Assembly (NCBI GenBank): GCA_009840385.1
Contig: VXNX01000013.1
Coordinates: 84,723-148,722, forward strand
Origin: Candidatus Dadabacteria bacterium
GTDB taxonomy: Bacteria > Desulfobacterota_D > UBA1144 > Nemesobacterales > Nemesobacteraceae
Direction of reading: 5' to 3'
Length of the DNA: 64,000 bases
The notes below the pieces were generated by a model, which saw only the letters and a list, made by a program, of their open reading frames with translations, ran no database searches and was not told where the DNA came from. The number at the start of each line of letters is the position of its first letter. Position 1 is the first letter of the stretch. Positions 35,121-45,253 of the stretch are shown here, in pieces. Made by a program: the position numbers and the translations under genes.

Positions 35121-36881
35121 ATGTCTACCGACACTTCCACTTTGCGATCAGACGTCCGCTACGAACCTAACGACAGACCGCCAACGCCACTGGTAGCCGG
35201 GCTGGGCCTGCAACTTGCCATTATCACCATATCGGGGATCGTCCTCACGCCGTTAATCGTGATCAAGGCGGCCGGCGGATCTGAGACTTACATGATGTGG
35301 GCGGTATTCGCATCAGTCGTGATCAGCGGGGTCAGCACGATATTGCAGGCCGTCAGAGTTGGTCGAATCGGCGCAGGATATGTCCTCCTGATGGGCACCT
35401 CCGGCGCATTCATCGCAATCTGTATTACCGCGATCGCGCAAGGCGGACCCGCAATGTTGGCGACGCTCGTCATTATCTCGTCTTTGTTTCAATTTGCCCT
35501 AGCGAGACGTCTTTCCCTCTTTCGCCGGATACTCACCCCCACAGTCGCAGGCACGGTAATCATGCTGATTTCCGTCACCGTGATGCCAATAATTTTCGAT
35601 CTCCTGGACAACGTTCAGGATGCCGCACATCCCCAGGCTGCCCCCCTCACTGCGCTTGCAACCGTACTTGTCATCACTGCCATCGCCCTCAAGGGCACCG
35701 GTGTATTTCGACTTTGGGCACCCGTAGCAGGCGTCATTATAGGATCCATTCTTGGCGGCTTTTTCGGAATTTACGACACGGCACGCATTTCCGAGGCCGC
35801 CTGGATCGGGTTTCCGCAAGGAGGCTGGCCCGGCCTCGATCTGAGCTTTGGACCTATATTCTGGACGCTTCTGCCCGGGTTCATTTTTGTCACCCTGATT
35901 GGTGCAATCGAAACAGTTGGCGACTCCGTAGCAATTCAGCGCATTTCGTGGCGACGGCCGCGGGCCGTAGACTTTCGTTCCGTTCAGGGAGCCGTGGCTG
36001 CCGACGGGGTGGGCAACCTGCTATCCGGGTTCGCCGGCACGATTCCAAATACGACGTACTCGACCAGCGTATCGGTAACGGAACTTACCGGAGTGGGAAC
36101 CCGGACAGTCGGGACTGCTGCGGGCATCGTCTTTCTCATCTTGGCGTGCTTCCCCAAGGCACTCGCCGCAATTCTTGCAATTCCGAGTCCGGTGGCTGCC
36201 GGGTATCTAGCCATCCTGGTGGCCATGCTGTTTGTGGTCGGAATGAAGGTCGTCGTCCAGGACGGAATTGACTACCGCAAAGGCATGATTGCAGGAGTTT
36301 CATTCTGGGTAGGTGTCGGCTTTCAGAACGGCGTGATCTTCCCTGAGTATTTTGCTGAATTTGCCGGTGGCTTATTGCAGAACGGCATGACAGCAGGTGG
36401 CCTCACCGCTCTGCTCCTGACGCTTTTTGTTGAAGTCACTGAACCCCGGCGAAGACGCATAGAACTTCCGTTCCACATTACGACATTGCCGAAAATCCGG
36501 GAGTTTCTGCGATCGTTTGCTTCCCACAGCAGTTGGGGGGAGGCAATGGCTAACCGCCTTGACGCCGCCAGTGAGGAAACCCTGCTCACACTGCTTGAGC
36601 AGAAGACGACATCAGATCAGGAAGAACCCTTGCGGCGACTGCGCATTATTGCGCACAAGGAAGGCGACGAGGCTGTGCTTGAATTCGTTGCATCAGCCAC
36701 TAAAGAGAATCTCGAAGACCAGATCGCGCTGCTAGGCGAGCGGGCTACGGAAGCCCCAACTGAACAAGATGTGTCTCTGCGACTGTTGCAACACATCGCC
36801 TCGTCGGTACAACATCAACAGTATTACGACACGGACATCGTCAAGATCCGCGTGAAGGCACCGGCTCCTTCATCCGACTGA
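35121..36881 (+). CDS. NCS2-family nucleobase (xanthine/uracil) permease with an extra ~140-aa cytoplasmic C-terminal domain
   Basis: Multi-TM core with NCS2-like blocks (GAIETVGDSVA, TYSTSVSVTELTGV). The soluble tail begins around aa 445. GC-rich by eye. Confidence 0.8.
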   Translation: MSTDTSTLRSDVRYEPNDRPPTPLVAGLGLQLAIITISGIVLTPLIVIKAAGGSETYMMWAVFASVVISGVSTILQAVRVGRIGAGYVLLMGTSGAFIAICITAIAQGGPAMLATLVIISSLFQFALARRLSLFRRILTPTVAGTVIMLISVTVMPIIFDLLDNVQDAAHPQAAPLTALATVLVITAIALKGTGVFRLWAPVAGVIIGSILGGFFGIYDTARISEAAWIGFPQGGWPGLDLSFGPIFWTLLPGFIFVTLIGAIETVGDSVAIQRISWRRPRAVDFRSVQGAVAADGVGNLLSGFAGTIPNTTYSTSVSVTELTGVGTRTVGTAAGIVFLILACFPKALAAILAIPSPVAAGYLAILVAMLFVVGMKVVVQDGIDYRKGMIAGVSFWVGVGFQNGVIFPEYFAEFAGGLLQNGMTAGGLTALLLTLFVEVTEPRRRRIELPFHITTLPKIREFLRSFASHSSWGEAMANRLDAASEETLLTLLEQKTTSDQEEPLRRLRIIAHKEGDEAVLEFVASATKENLEDQIALLGERATEAPTEQDVSLRLLQHIASSVQHQQYYDTDIVKIRVKAPAPSSD

Positions 36882-37152
36882 GTGCTCAAAGGAAGAGCGC
36901 TCGAGGTTTTAGCTGTGTCAGCCGGGAAATACCGGCGTTCCCGACCGCCTGTCTTCCCCTATGAAGCTCACATACCGGCAGCTTAAAAAACCCCTTCTAT
37001 ACTCACCTGTATGATCCCGTTCAAAGTTAAAAAACCGCCGTTTTCCCCGACGCCCAACGGGTTCCGGCTGGGATATTTGATTTAATCGAGAACTTGTTTA
37101 TACTAGGCTGTTTTTATTCAATCATAACAGGCATCCGAGGAGCGAATAACCA

Positions 37153-39036
37153 ATGGGCACCACGCTGCACATAAGAGACAACATCGAGCAATCCTACGGG
37201 GACGTGTACACGCCGGAGGCGCTGGAGGCCCTTGAATTCATGGCCCACTTCAACGGCGAGCAGAAGGCCCTCATGGAAAAAAGGACCCAGAGAAGAAAAA
37301 GGCGCTATGAATCCAAGGAAAGAATAACTTTTCTTGATCCAGATTCTCTTATCCCGCGCACCAATCTCAAGATCCAGGACGCAAGGGACGGAAAATTCGA
37401 GGGGCCGGAGATTCCCCACGACCTCAAAACACAGTGGATACAGGGAACGGGCCCAGCGGCAAAACCGAACTCCCCGGTTGAGAAAAGCATAAGAAACGTC
37501 GCCTACGCCCTTCTCTCGGGCGCGGACGGGTGGATGTTCGACGGCGAGGACGCCCTGGGGCAGATATCAACGATGTCCCTTGACAATCAGCGTAATCTAA
37601 AGCTCGCAATCGCGAGGGACGAAGTGTTCATGAAAACCGCGGAAGGCGTGGCCGGGGAAATGAACAGGTGGGGACGGGATTTCTTCGGACACGACATAAT
37701 CGAGGACTGGGAAAAGCAGCTTGACTTCACCACCGTTATTTTCAGGGCGAGGGGACTTCATCTGGACGACCGCCACATACGCGACGCCGATGGCGTAGCG
37801 CTTTCGGCTTCCGTGGTCGACATGACACTCTTTGTCGTTAACAACTACAAGGAGCTTGCCAAGAGAAACTCATCCATAGTCCTTTACCTGCCTAAGATCC
37901 AGACCGCCGAGGAAGCCGCGCTATGGAACGAGATGCTCAGCGCCCTTGAGGGCCACATCGGGCTTCCCGAAGGCACGATAAAGGTATACGTGCTTATAGA
38001 GCAGCTCGAGGAAACCTTTCAGCTGATGGAGATAAGGGCAGTTTTGGGCAAGCACTTCGCCGGGTTTAACACCGGCAGGTGGGATTACATAAACAGCGTC
38101 TCAGATGCCATGGCGTGGGATGAGGATTTCGTTAACCCGAACATAGAGTCAATCACCATGACCTACGGATACATGAGAAACTACGAGGACCGCGTGAGAA
38201 GGGCCGTAAACACCCCGGACGTAAACGGGAACTTTGCGCTCTGGCAGGGAGGCATGGAACCTAACATACCGGTGGGGTCGAAAGAGGGGGTCGAGAGCAG
38301 CATGGAGAAGGCCTACGCGGGGGCCGTAAGGGAGCAGCAGGAAGGAGCAAGCGGCAAATGGGTTGCCCACTGGAAGATGGTTCACATAATAAGGCCCGTC
38401 TGGGAGAAGGTCGGCGAGGAGAACCAGCTCGGAAGGGAGTTCCCTCCCCTTACCTACACCCAGGAGGACGCAGACGGCCTCATACTTCTTGAGCCCGCCC
38501 CGAGAACGATAAGGGGGGCGCGCAACCTGCTTAGCGTCGGACTTCAGTACGGAAACGCATTCGGCCAAGGATTCCAGGCCGCGGCACTTAAGCCCGCCGA
38601 CTTCTTCGGAAACGACGACATCCTCTACCTGATGGAGGACGCCGCGACCGGGGAGATAAGGCTCAGCATACTCTGGGAGTGGATCCACAAGGGAGCGGAA
38701 CTCACCGAGGACGACCCCGAGACGGGGCTTAAGGCCGGGGACACGTTCACCGTCGAGGTCTTCGAGAGGCTTCTTGAAGAAGAATACGCAAAGCTCCAGG
38801 CGGCAAGCGACAGGGACGTCCACGACATCTCTAAGCCCACTACCCTTCCGATAGCAAAGCAGATAGTGAGAGCCTACGTGCTTGACGACGTAAAGGTGCC
38901 GTGGTACATAGACCTGCTCAACATAAACCTAAACAACCACGACCACGAGGTGGCCTCGCAGAGAATCGAACTCTACATGACGGAGTTCGCGGGCAATGAC
39001 ACGAGAATCACCGAGAACCTCGATTTCGTAATCTAG
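37153..39036 (+). CDS. aceB: Malate synthase (A-type core, extended, 627 aa)
   Basis: [50 protein letters not shown]. Confidence 0.85.
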   Translation: MGTTLHIRDNIEQSYGDVYTPEALEALEFMAHFNGEQKALMEKRTQRRKRRYESKERITFLDPDSLIPRTNLKIQDARDGKFEGPEIPHDLKTQWIQGTGPAAKPNSPVEKSIRNVAYALLSGADGWMFDGEDALGQISTMSLDNQRNLKLAIARDEVFMKTAEGVAGEMNRWGRDFFGHDIIEDWEKQLDFTTVIFRARGLHLDDRHIRDADGVALSASVVDMTLFVVNNYKELAKRNSSIVLYLPKIQTAEEAALWNEMLSALEGHIGLPEGTIKVYVLIEQLEETFQLMEIRAVLGKHFAGFNTGRWDYINSVSDAMAWDEDFVNPNIESITMTYGYMRNYEDRVRRAVNTPDVNGNFALWQGGMEPNIPVGSKEGVESSMEKAYAGAVREQQEGASGKWVAHWKMVHIIRPVWEKVGEENQLGREFPPLTYTQEDADGLILLEPAPRTIRGARNLLSVGLQYGNAFGQGFQAAALKPADFFGNDDILYLMEDAATGEIRLSILWEWIHKGAELTEDDPETGLKAGDTFTVEVFERLLEEEYAKLQAASDRDVHDISKPTTLPIAKQIVRAYVLDDVKVPWYIDLLNINLNNHDHEVASQRIELYMTEFAGNDTRITENLDFVI

Positions 39037-39080
39037 GTTCCCGAAAAAACAACCATTTTTATTTTCAGGAGAGCATATCG

Positions 39081-41354
39081 ATGAGCCAGTTAGAAGCTGA
39101 GATAAGGAAGACGAAAAGGTATTTCTCAAGCGCGCGCTTCAGGGGAATAACCCGTCTTTACTCGCCCCGCCAGGTGGTGGAGCAGAGAGGAACCATAAGA
39201 AGGGACTACTCGATCGCGAAAAACGCCGCGGGAGCGTTCTACAAGAGACTCCGCGAGCTTTTCGCCGAGCGAAAGCAGATAACGTCCTTCGGCCCCTATT
39301 CGCCCGGCCAAGCGGTCATGATGAAAAGAAAGGGAATAGAGGGCATATATCTCGGCGGATGGGCCACGTCGGCAAAGGGATCGATCGGCGAGGACCAGGG
39401 AGCGGATCTCGCGAGCTACCCGCTTAGCCAGGTGCCGGACGAGGCGGCCCCCATAGTGAGGGCACTTCTCGCCGCGGACAAGAACCAGAGATACAACCGC
39501 GCAAGGATGACCGAAAAGGAAAGGCAGCAGACGCCCGAGATCGACTACAGCCCCTTCATAATCGCCGATGCGGACACGGGGCACGGCGGCGACGCCCACG
39601 TTAGAAACCTTATCAGAAGGTTTGTCGAGGCGGGCGTTACAGGCTATCACATAGAAGACCAGAAGCCCGGAACCAAGAAATGCGGTCACCAGGGCGGAAA
39701 GGTTCTCGTGCCTTCCGACGAGCAGATAAAGAGGCTTAACGCCGCCCGGTTCCAGCTCGATATCATGGAAGTGCCGGGAATAATAGTTTCAAGGACCGAC
39801 GCCGAAGCCGCCACCCTTCTTGACGGAAACGGGGACGAGCGCGACCAGCCGTTTGTCCTGGGAGCAACCAAGCTCAACATCCCAAGCTACAAAAACGCCT
39901 ACCTTACTATTCTTAAAAGAATCCACGAAAAAGGCGTAAAGGAGATAAACGGCCACAAGCTCTACAAGATAAGCAAAGAGGTCTACGCGGAAACGGACAA
40001 GTGGCTTGAGGAAACCGGCATAGCGTCGTTTATTGACGAGAATATAGAAGCAATGAAGGGGGATACCCAGGAGCTTGAAACCGCTTTGGATTCCGTAGTC
40101 ACCAAGTTCGTCGAGATATGGGAAGAGGAGTCCGGCCTCAGCACCTTCGGCGAAACAATAGAAACGCTAATGGAGTTTAACATGGAGCAGGGCATTGAAT
40201 TCGATATGACCATCGAGCAGTGGAGGGAGTTTGCCAAGACCGCCTCCACTAAAGACGCCATGGAGAAAGCTGATTCTCTGGGAATCGACTACATATGGGA
40301 CCCCGAGATTTCAAGAACGCCCGAGGGATATTCCCAGGTAAAAGGCGGAATCGAATACGCGATCGCGAAGTCGCTTGCCGTGGCGCCCTTCGCCGATCTG
40401 CTCTGGATGGAGACCAAGACGGCTGACCTTGAGGACGCAAGGCAGTTCGCGGACGCCATCCACGAAGTGTTTCCGGACAAGATGCTTGCCTACAATCTCT
40501 CTCCTTCCTTTAACTGGGACACGACGGGAATGACCGACGAGGAAATGAAGAAATTCCCGGAGGAGATAGGGAAGCTCGGCTTCGTGTTCGATTTCATAAC
40601 CTACGGAGGCCACCAGATCGACGGCATGGCCGCCGAAGAGTTCGCGACCGCGCTCATGCAAGACGGCATGCTCGCCCTAGCGCGCGTGCAGAGAAGGCTG
40701 AGGCTCATAGATTCGCCCTACAAGACTCCGCAGACCCATGTCGGAGGACCCCGCATGGACGGAGCGCTCGTGGCAAGTTCGGGAAGAACCGCAACCACGA
40801 AGGCCATGGGCAAGGGTTCGACCCAGTTCCAGCACCTAGTTCAGACGGAGGTTTCGATCAAGCTTCTCGAAGAGTGGCTCGAGGCCTGGACAAGGCACTA
40901 CAAGATTGAAGACAGCTTCACCGTTGAACTCAAGCCTCACACCGTGGGCACTTTCGTGCTTGAACTGGACATCATGAACGGCAAAGGCGATAAGGTGGCA
41001 GATGTCATATTCGAGATACTGCAGGACAGAAAGGGAGAGAAGATACTGACGGTGAGGGACGAGAACAATTTTGACCCTGCCCTTCGCCAGAAACGTCTCG
41101 CTACCCTGCTTCACCTGTTTTTGATCCACCGCTACAGAACGGATTTCGTGCACTACGTGAGCCCGACAGAGGATAATCTCATGCAGACCAAGGGGATGAT
41201 GAGGCTTGGGATCTACGAATCGGTTAACACCGAAGTCGGTCACATAATAGTGACGAAGGTGAACGTCGAATACGTGAAGGAACTGCTTAGTCCCAACCGC
41301 AGGGAACTCAAGAAGCTTATCGCGAAAAAAACCGGTAGACGCAAAAAGAAGTAA
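39081..41354 (+). CDS. aceA: Isocitrate lyase, long form (757 aa, ICL2/eukaryote-like with inserted domain)
   Basis: ICL signature KKCGHQGGK, plus [11 protein letters not shown] and the SPSFNW block. Confidence 0.9.
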   Translation: MSQLEAEIRKTKRYFSSARFRGITRLYSPRQVVEQRGTIRRDYSIAKNAAGAFYKRLRELFAERKQITSFGPYSPGQAVMMKRKGIEGIYLGGWATSAKGSIGEDQGADLASYPLSQVPDEAAPIVRALLAADKNQRYNRARMTEKERQQTPEIDYSPFIIADADTGHGGDAHVRNLIRRFVEAGVTGYHIEDQKPGTKKCGHQGGKVLVPSDEQIKRLNAARFQLDIMEVPGIIVSRTDAEAATLLDGNGDERDQPFVLGATKLNIPSYKNAYLTILKRIHEKGVKEINGHKLYKISKEVYAETDKWLEETGIASFIDENIEAMKGDTQELETALDSVVTKFVEIWEEESGLSTFGETIETLMEFNMEQGIEFDMTIEQWREFAKTASTKDAMEKADSLGIDYIWDPEISRTPEGYSQVKGGIEYAIAKSLAVAPFADLLWMETKTADLEDARQFADAIHEVFPDKMLAYNLSPSFNWDTTGMTDEEMKKFPEEIGKLGFVFDFITYGGHQIDGMAAEEFATALMQDGMLALARVQRRLRLIDSPYKTPQTHVGGPRMDGALVASSGRTATTKAMGKGSTQFQHLVQTEVSIKLLEEWLEAWTRHYKIEDSFTVELKPHTVGTFVLELDIMNGKGDKVADVIFEILQDRKGEKILTVRDENNFDPALRQKRLATLLHLFLIHRYRTDFVHYVSPTEDNLMQTKGMMRLGIYESVNTEVGHIIVTKVNVEYVKELLSPNRRELKKLIAKKTGRRKKK

Positions 41355-41389
41355 CGGAGTGCCGGATTGAAAAGATTCTGTTTTTGTGC

Positions 41390-41437
41390 GTGCCCAAGGT
41401 GAAAAGTGTTTCTTTTGGGAATTATATATCTAGGTTG
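41390..41437. repeat. Left arm of an inverted repeat bounding the RM islet
   Basis: GTGCCCAAGGTGAAAAG (41390-41406) is the exact reverse complement of 45275-45291. Gapped similarity continues inward through GGGAATTATATATCTAGGTTG. Confidence 0.75.
41417..41430 (-). promoter_or_regulatory. Orphan copy of the TATAAT-TCCC promoter-like motif, pointing out of the islet into the 3' end of aceA
   Basis: The minus strand reads GATATATAATTCCC. There is no downstream gene in that orientation. Confidence 0.3.
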
Positions 41438-41605
41438 ACTGCTTTCTCTGTTTGTCCGCTTCCGTCGCCATCGTCTTCTCGACATACTGCCGAGCCCGTT
41501 TGTTCGCAGCCCGCTTCAGGAACCGCTTGACGAGGACTCCGTTTGTGTCCTTGTTAGGTCACGGAAGTGCAATTGTCCGTGCTTTTTCGATGGTTCCATT
41601 GTGCT

Positions 41606-43096
41606 TCACCGTTTCCCCGGTCGGTAGGTCTGCACCCCCTTGGCCGCTTCTTCGGGCGTTGCACTCTTGTAACCCGCTTTGTATGTCTGCTTTTGCGGAT
41701 GGCTAAACCTGTCGGTAAGTTTCGCTACGCCCGCTTCGGCAGATAAAACGGCTTGCGATTTCATGGACATTCCTTTCTTCATGAACGAATCTATGTTGCG
41801 TAACATACTTGATTTCGGCAGCGGAACCAAAACATTCCTGATGTGATCCTCAGTCAGTTCATCCACAACCGCACCATGAATGTTGGCAATTAGTTGAATC
41901 TGCCCCAACGGGGATGTGAGGAACGAGCATAGATATCCGGCGGGACACGCCTTTTCCTGCGGCACGACACGCATAATGTGTTCGGAAGCCGCCCAGCCAT
42001 CCCACTCATCTGGGCAAATGGTCACGCGCCCTACGGTTCCAGATCGTGTAACGAGAACCCACCCGGCTTCAATCGAGACTTCGTCTATGAGTTCATGTTC
42101 TCGGGACAGGTATTTCAAGTCCGCTGCTTGGAATTGGACAACGTGACTCCCTTGGAGAAACGGCACCCCGTACTCGGGTTGGACGTAGATTCTCTTGAAT
42201 CTCTTTGGCATGAAAACTTCCGCAACATTCCGTAGCGGCACCGCATCCATTTCGCGCAATTGGTCAAGGGCGTCGAAAAGGGCAGGATTGTAGTGTCCGG
42301 CATCGATTCTGAGTTCCCCGCTCAGGTGCGTTGACCGAAGGGAGAACCAATTGGCTTGGGAACAGTCTGCCGATGACGTTACCGGGATGGTGTCCACGGC
42401 CTTGCGTACCAAGGTCGCTGCTTCCGAGCGTTCATCGACCGATGCTGTCATTGCAGTCTCAATCGAATGGACCAATGCTCTATCTTCCGCCGTTTCCGGT
42501 AAGGGCACGAGAATGTCTTCTGCTTGTTCTTCGGTTAGTTCATCGACCACCGCCCCATATATGTTTGCGGTCAACTGGGCTTGACCGAGTGGCGAAGCGA
42601 GGAACGCGGCTAGATAACCGGAAGGGCATTTCGTCTCATCTGGAACAATACGAAGGATATGCTGCGAAGCCGCCCAGCCATCCCATTCCGGCAGGCAGAT
42701 GGCAGTTCTTCCAATGGTTCCCGAGCATGTCACCAAAAGCCATCCGGCGCGCACTATCCACTGTTCGAGCCTATGGCTGGACAGGGATAGGTATTTGAGA
42801 TCGGCGGGTTGGAAGTGAACGACGTGGCTTCCCTGCAAGAATGGGATACCGTGTTCTCTCTCGACGTACATGCGTTTGAATCTCGGCGGGATGAACACGT
42901 TTTCCGTGATGTCGGCCAATCGTTCGAGGCGCATGCCCGATTCATTCAAAGTGCGTAGCGCTTCGATCAGACGGGGACTGTATCGTTCCGCGTCAAAGCG
43001 AAGTTCGTCCGAGTCTGTCAGGAAGCCGGACGGCAGGACGTAGCTCTCCGTTTTGGACGGAGGTGCATGCTTGGGAGAGGGAACCGTTTGCAGCAT
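41606..43096 (-). CDS. Restriction-modification specificity (S) subunit with two near-identical target-recognition halves
   Basis: Two Methylase_S-like repeats. RFKRMYVEREHGIPFLQGSHVVHFQPADLKYLS aligns with RFKRIYVQPEYGVPFLQGSHVVQFQAADLKYLS. GWLLVTCSGTIGR...VPLP aligns with GWVLVTRSGTVGR...VPLP. Confidence 0.8.
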   Translation of the reverse strand: MLQTVPSPKHAPPSKTESYVLPSGFLTDSDELRFDAERYSPRLIEALRTLNESGMRLERLADITENVFIPPRFKRMYVEREHGIPFLQGSHVVHFQPADLKYLSLSSHRLEQWIVRAGWLLVTCSGTIGRTAICLPEWDGWAASQHILRIVPDETKCPSGYLAAFLASPLGQAQLTANIYGAVVDELTEEQAEDILVPLPETAEDRALVHSIETAMTASVDERSEAATLVRKAVDTIPVTSSADCSQANWFSLRSTHLSGELRIDAGHYNPALFDALDQLREMDAVPLRNVAEVFMPKRFKRIYVQPEYGVPFLQGSHVVQFQAADLKYLSREHELIDEVSIEAGWVLVTRSGTVGRVTICPDEWDGWAASEHIMRVVPQEKACPAGYLCSFLTSPLGQIQLIANIHGAVVDELTEDHIRNVLVPLPKSSMLRNIDSFMKKGMSMKSQAVLSAEAGVAKLTDRFSHPQKQTYKAGYKSATPEEAAKGVQTYRPGKR

Positions 43097-43097
43097 C

Positions 43098-44963
43098 TCA
43101 TGCTCCTAGCCATTCCTCGAAGTCCAGCACTACCTTTGGCAAATCGTCATCTATCGTTGGTTCTTCGTTGTCGTCGAGAATCACGAATCCTTCCGGTGTC
43201 TTCACGAAGACCTTGTTTCCCCTCTTGTCTATGCCGACCTTCTTGGGAATGGCCATGAAGACACCGTATTCGTCCAGCGCTCCCGCCCGCGCCAGCTTTA
43301 CTTCCTCCCGAGAGAGTCTTTGCAGCACCAGGACACTCGGATTCGGCACTCCACCCCCTTCGGCGAAGGTCTCCTTGGGCAGGTCTATGGAAGCCACGAT
43401 CCGCGTGTTCTGGAGCAGCCACTTCCGGATGAATCTGAGTCCGGGGTTGTTGGCGATGCTTCGAGGAAGGACGATGGCGAGGTATCCGCCCCGCTTGACG
43501 TACTTCAATGCGCCCTCCACAAACAACTGTTCGGCGGGCATGAATCTCCGCATGTCCTTGGATTCCAACGCAGGCAATTCATAGCGAGAAAGAATATGCG
43601 GGTCGTCTATGTTTGCTTGTCCTCCAAACGGAGGGTTCGTCACCACGATGTCGAATGCGCCTTGCTTGATTTTCTGACGGGCCGTTTCGTCCTCCCATTC
43701 CCCCGGTGCAGCGAGGGAGTCACCTTGGAACACGTTCACGGAACCGTCGCCGTGCATGACGAGGTTCATCTGCGTTGTGCGGACAAGAAAGGGGTTGATA
43801 TCCATGCCAAAGATGTTGCGTTCCGCCAGTTCTTTGACGCGGATTTCCGCACGGGTGCGGATATCTTCTTCGGAACCACCTTTCGCCCGCTCGAATCCGG
43901 TTATCTTTTCTCGCACAAGGTTGATTACCGCGACGAGGAATCCGCCCGTTCCGCAGCAGCAGTCGAGCACCTTCAAGGAGGCGATTCTCTGGTTCGAGTG
44001 CAGCGACAACACCATACGGACGGCCATGTCGCAGACATTGCGAGGCGTGAAGAACTCGCCCCGATCTCCCCGCAGGTTTGCTCCAACCAGTTCCTCGTAT
44101 GCCTGCCCCTTTATATCCGTCCGGGTATTGAGCAACGAGTATCGCTGCAATTCGGATACGATGTAGGCGAGAACCTTCAGGTTCAACTTGATCCGGTCAT
44201 CTGGTTCAAAGATATAGGGATAGCGGTCCTTGACCTCGTTGAACAATGGCGAGATGCGTTCGTCCCGAAGCCTGCGCTGCCCAGCGATGGACTTGCGCTC
44301 CTCCCCGAGAACGAAAAATCGCAGATCGTCCACGACCTCTTTCTCGTCTAACACCTTGCAGAAGATAAGCTTTTGGAGTTCGTGGAATGCTTCAGCCTTC
44401 TGGATTCCCTGATTGGCGTAAATATAGTTGTGACAGCGCCGGAGTGAAGCCTTGAGGTCAGTCGCCGGGGTAAGTTCGTGGAACTTGGGCGGTTGCGGCT
44501 GCGTATCCCCAAACCGTGGAATATCGGTCGTGTCTTCAATCTTCCCGTCTTCGGCTTTCTCGTAGGCCAGCCTCTCCGAACCTACCCACAGCCCGAACCG
44601 GCACGACGAACAGGCGCTCATGTAGCTCTTGAGTTGTTCGACGCCTTCATCTTTGTCCTTCGGCTTGATGTCTTCGCGCTTCGCTTCCACAATGACGGCA
44701 ACTGTGTCCTGCCGTCTGGGACCACCCGGTTTGAAGATCACGATGTCGGCGCGTTTTCGCTTCGTCCCCATCTTCACCGAGAACTCGACGGCCATGTCCG
44801 ATACGTCATATCCGTACTCGTCAACGAGACTCCTCGCCCATCGCTGCCGGACGTTTTCCTCGGGGGTATCCTTCCGCAGTTTACCGCTGACAAAGCACCT
44901 AATCTTGCCTGCCGGTACGAAGGGAATTACCTCGGCAGGAGGTTTTTTGTCTTTCCCGCTCAT
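43098..44963 (-). CDS. Fused PD-(D/E)xK nuclease-like (HSDR_N-type) domain + gamma-class N6-adenine DNA methyltransferase
   Basis: N-terminal RADIVIF...VAVIVEAKRE (D...ExK); MTase motif I VLDCCCGTGGFL and motif IV VVTNPPFGG. The start at ATG 44963 overlaps the stop of the upstream ORF as ATGA. The stop is 1 nt before the S-gene start. Confidence 0.8.
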   Translation of the reverse strand: MSGKDKKPPAEVIPFVPAGKIRCFVSGKLRKDTPEENVRQRWARSLVDEYGYDVSDMAVEFSVKMGTKRKRADIVIFKPGGPRRQDTVAVIVEAKREDIKPKDKDEGVEQLKSYMSACSSCRFGLWVGSERLAYEKAEDGKIEDTTDIPRFGDTQPQPPKFHELTPATDLKASLRRCHNYIYANQGIQKAEAFHELQKLIFCKVLDEKEVVDDLRFFVLGEERKSIAGQRRLRDERISPLFNEVKDRYPYIFEPDDRIKLNLKVLAYIVSELQRYSLLNTRTDIKGQAYEELVGANLRGDRGEFFTPRNVCDMAVRMVLSLHSNQRIASLKVLDCCCGTGGFLVAVINLVREKITGFERAKGGSEEDIRTRAEIRVKELAERNIFGMDINPFLVRTTQMNLVMHGDGSVNVFQGDSLAAPGEWEDETARQKIKQGAFDIVVTNPPFGGQANIDDPHILSRYELPALESKDMRRFMPAEQLFVEGALKYVKRGGYLAIVLPRSIANNPGLRFIRKWLLQNTRIVASIDLPKETFAEGGGVPNPSVLVLQRLSREEVKLARAGALDEYGVFMAIPKKVGIDKRGNKVFVKTPEGFVILDDNEEPTIDDDLPKVVLDFEEWLGA

Positions 44964-45253
44964 GCCTGTACCTCTACCGACAGTCTGTTGTTGCTCACCA
45001 GCTTCCGGTAGGGCAGCATGAGTCCGCCTGTGACGATGGCCATCTGTTCGATAGTGTCTAGTTCCTGGATGTTGTGGCAACTAGCGAACTTATCTACGAA
45101 CCATCGGCGGGCGGCTTCCTCGTCGGGAAACATCCGCACCAGTTCTATGAGGGAAATGCCTTTCCTGTGGGCATTGGCGGGTGCCTTACGTGCCATAGTC
45201 TTCGTCCGTTGTAATTTAGGCTGAAGTATGCCCGAACCGGAATCAAATGCCAA
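44960..45253 (-). pseudogene. Internally deleted IS1595-family (ISXO2-like) transposase relic
   Basis: The N-terminal block SLIELVRMFPDEEAARRWF is joined directly to the C-terminal block HNIQELDTIEQMAIV..L.YRKL. The zinc-ribbon and DDE core are missing. Confidence 0.55.

Noticed and set aside
35297-36271. 324-aa Arg/Gly/Pro-rich ORF in an alternative frame of the permease gene
   Set aside because: A typical out-of-frame artefact in GC-rich coding DNA. The +1 listed frame (35121-36881) encodes a coherent multi-TM NCS2 protein.
43320-44351. 343-aa ORF antisense to the nuclease-methyltransferase gene
   Set aside because: A shadow frame of a well-supported gene, with no motifs.
44964-45080. Upstream extension of the methyltransferase ORF (39 codons, His/Arg-rich)
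   Set aside because: It overlaps the IS1595-relic ORF. The ATG at 44963 gives the expected HSDR_N-type N-terminus and an ATGA coupling junction.
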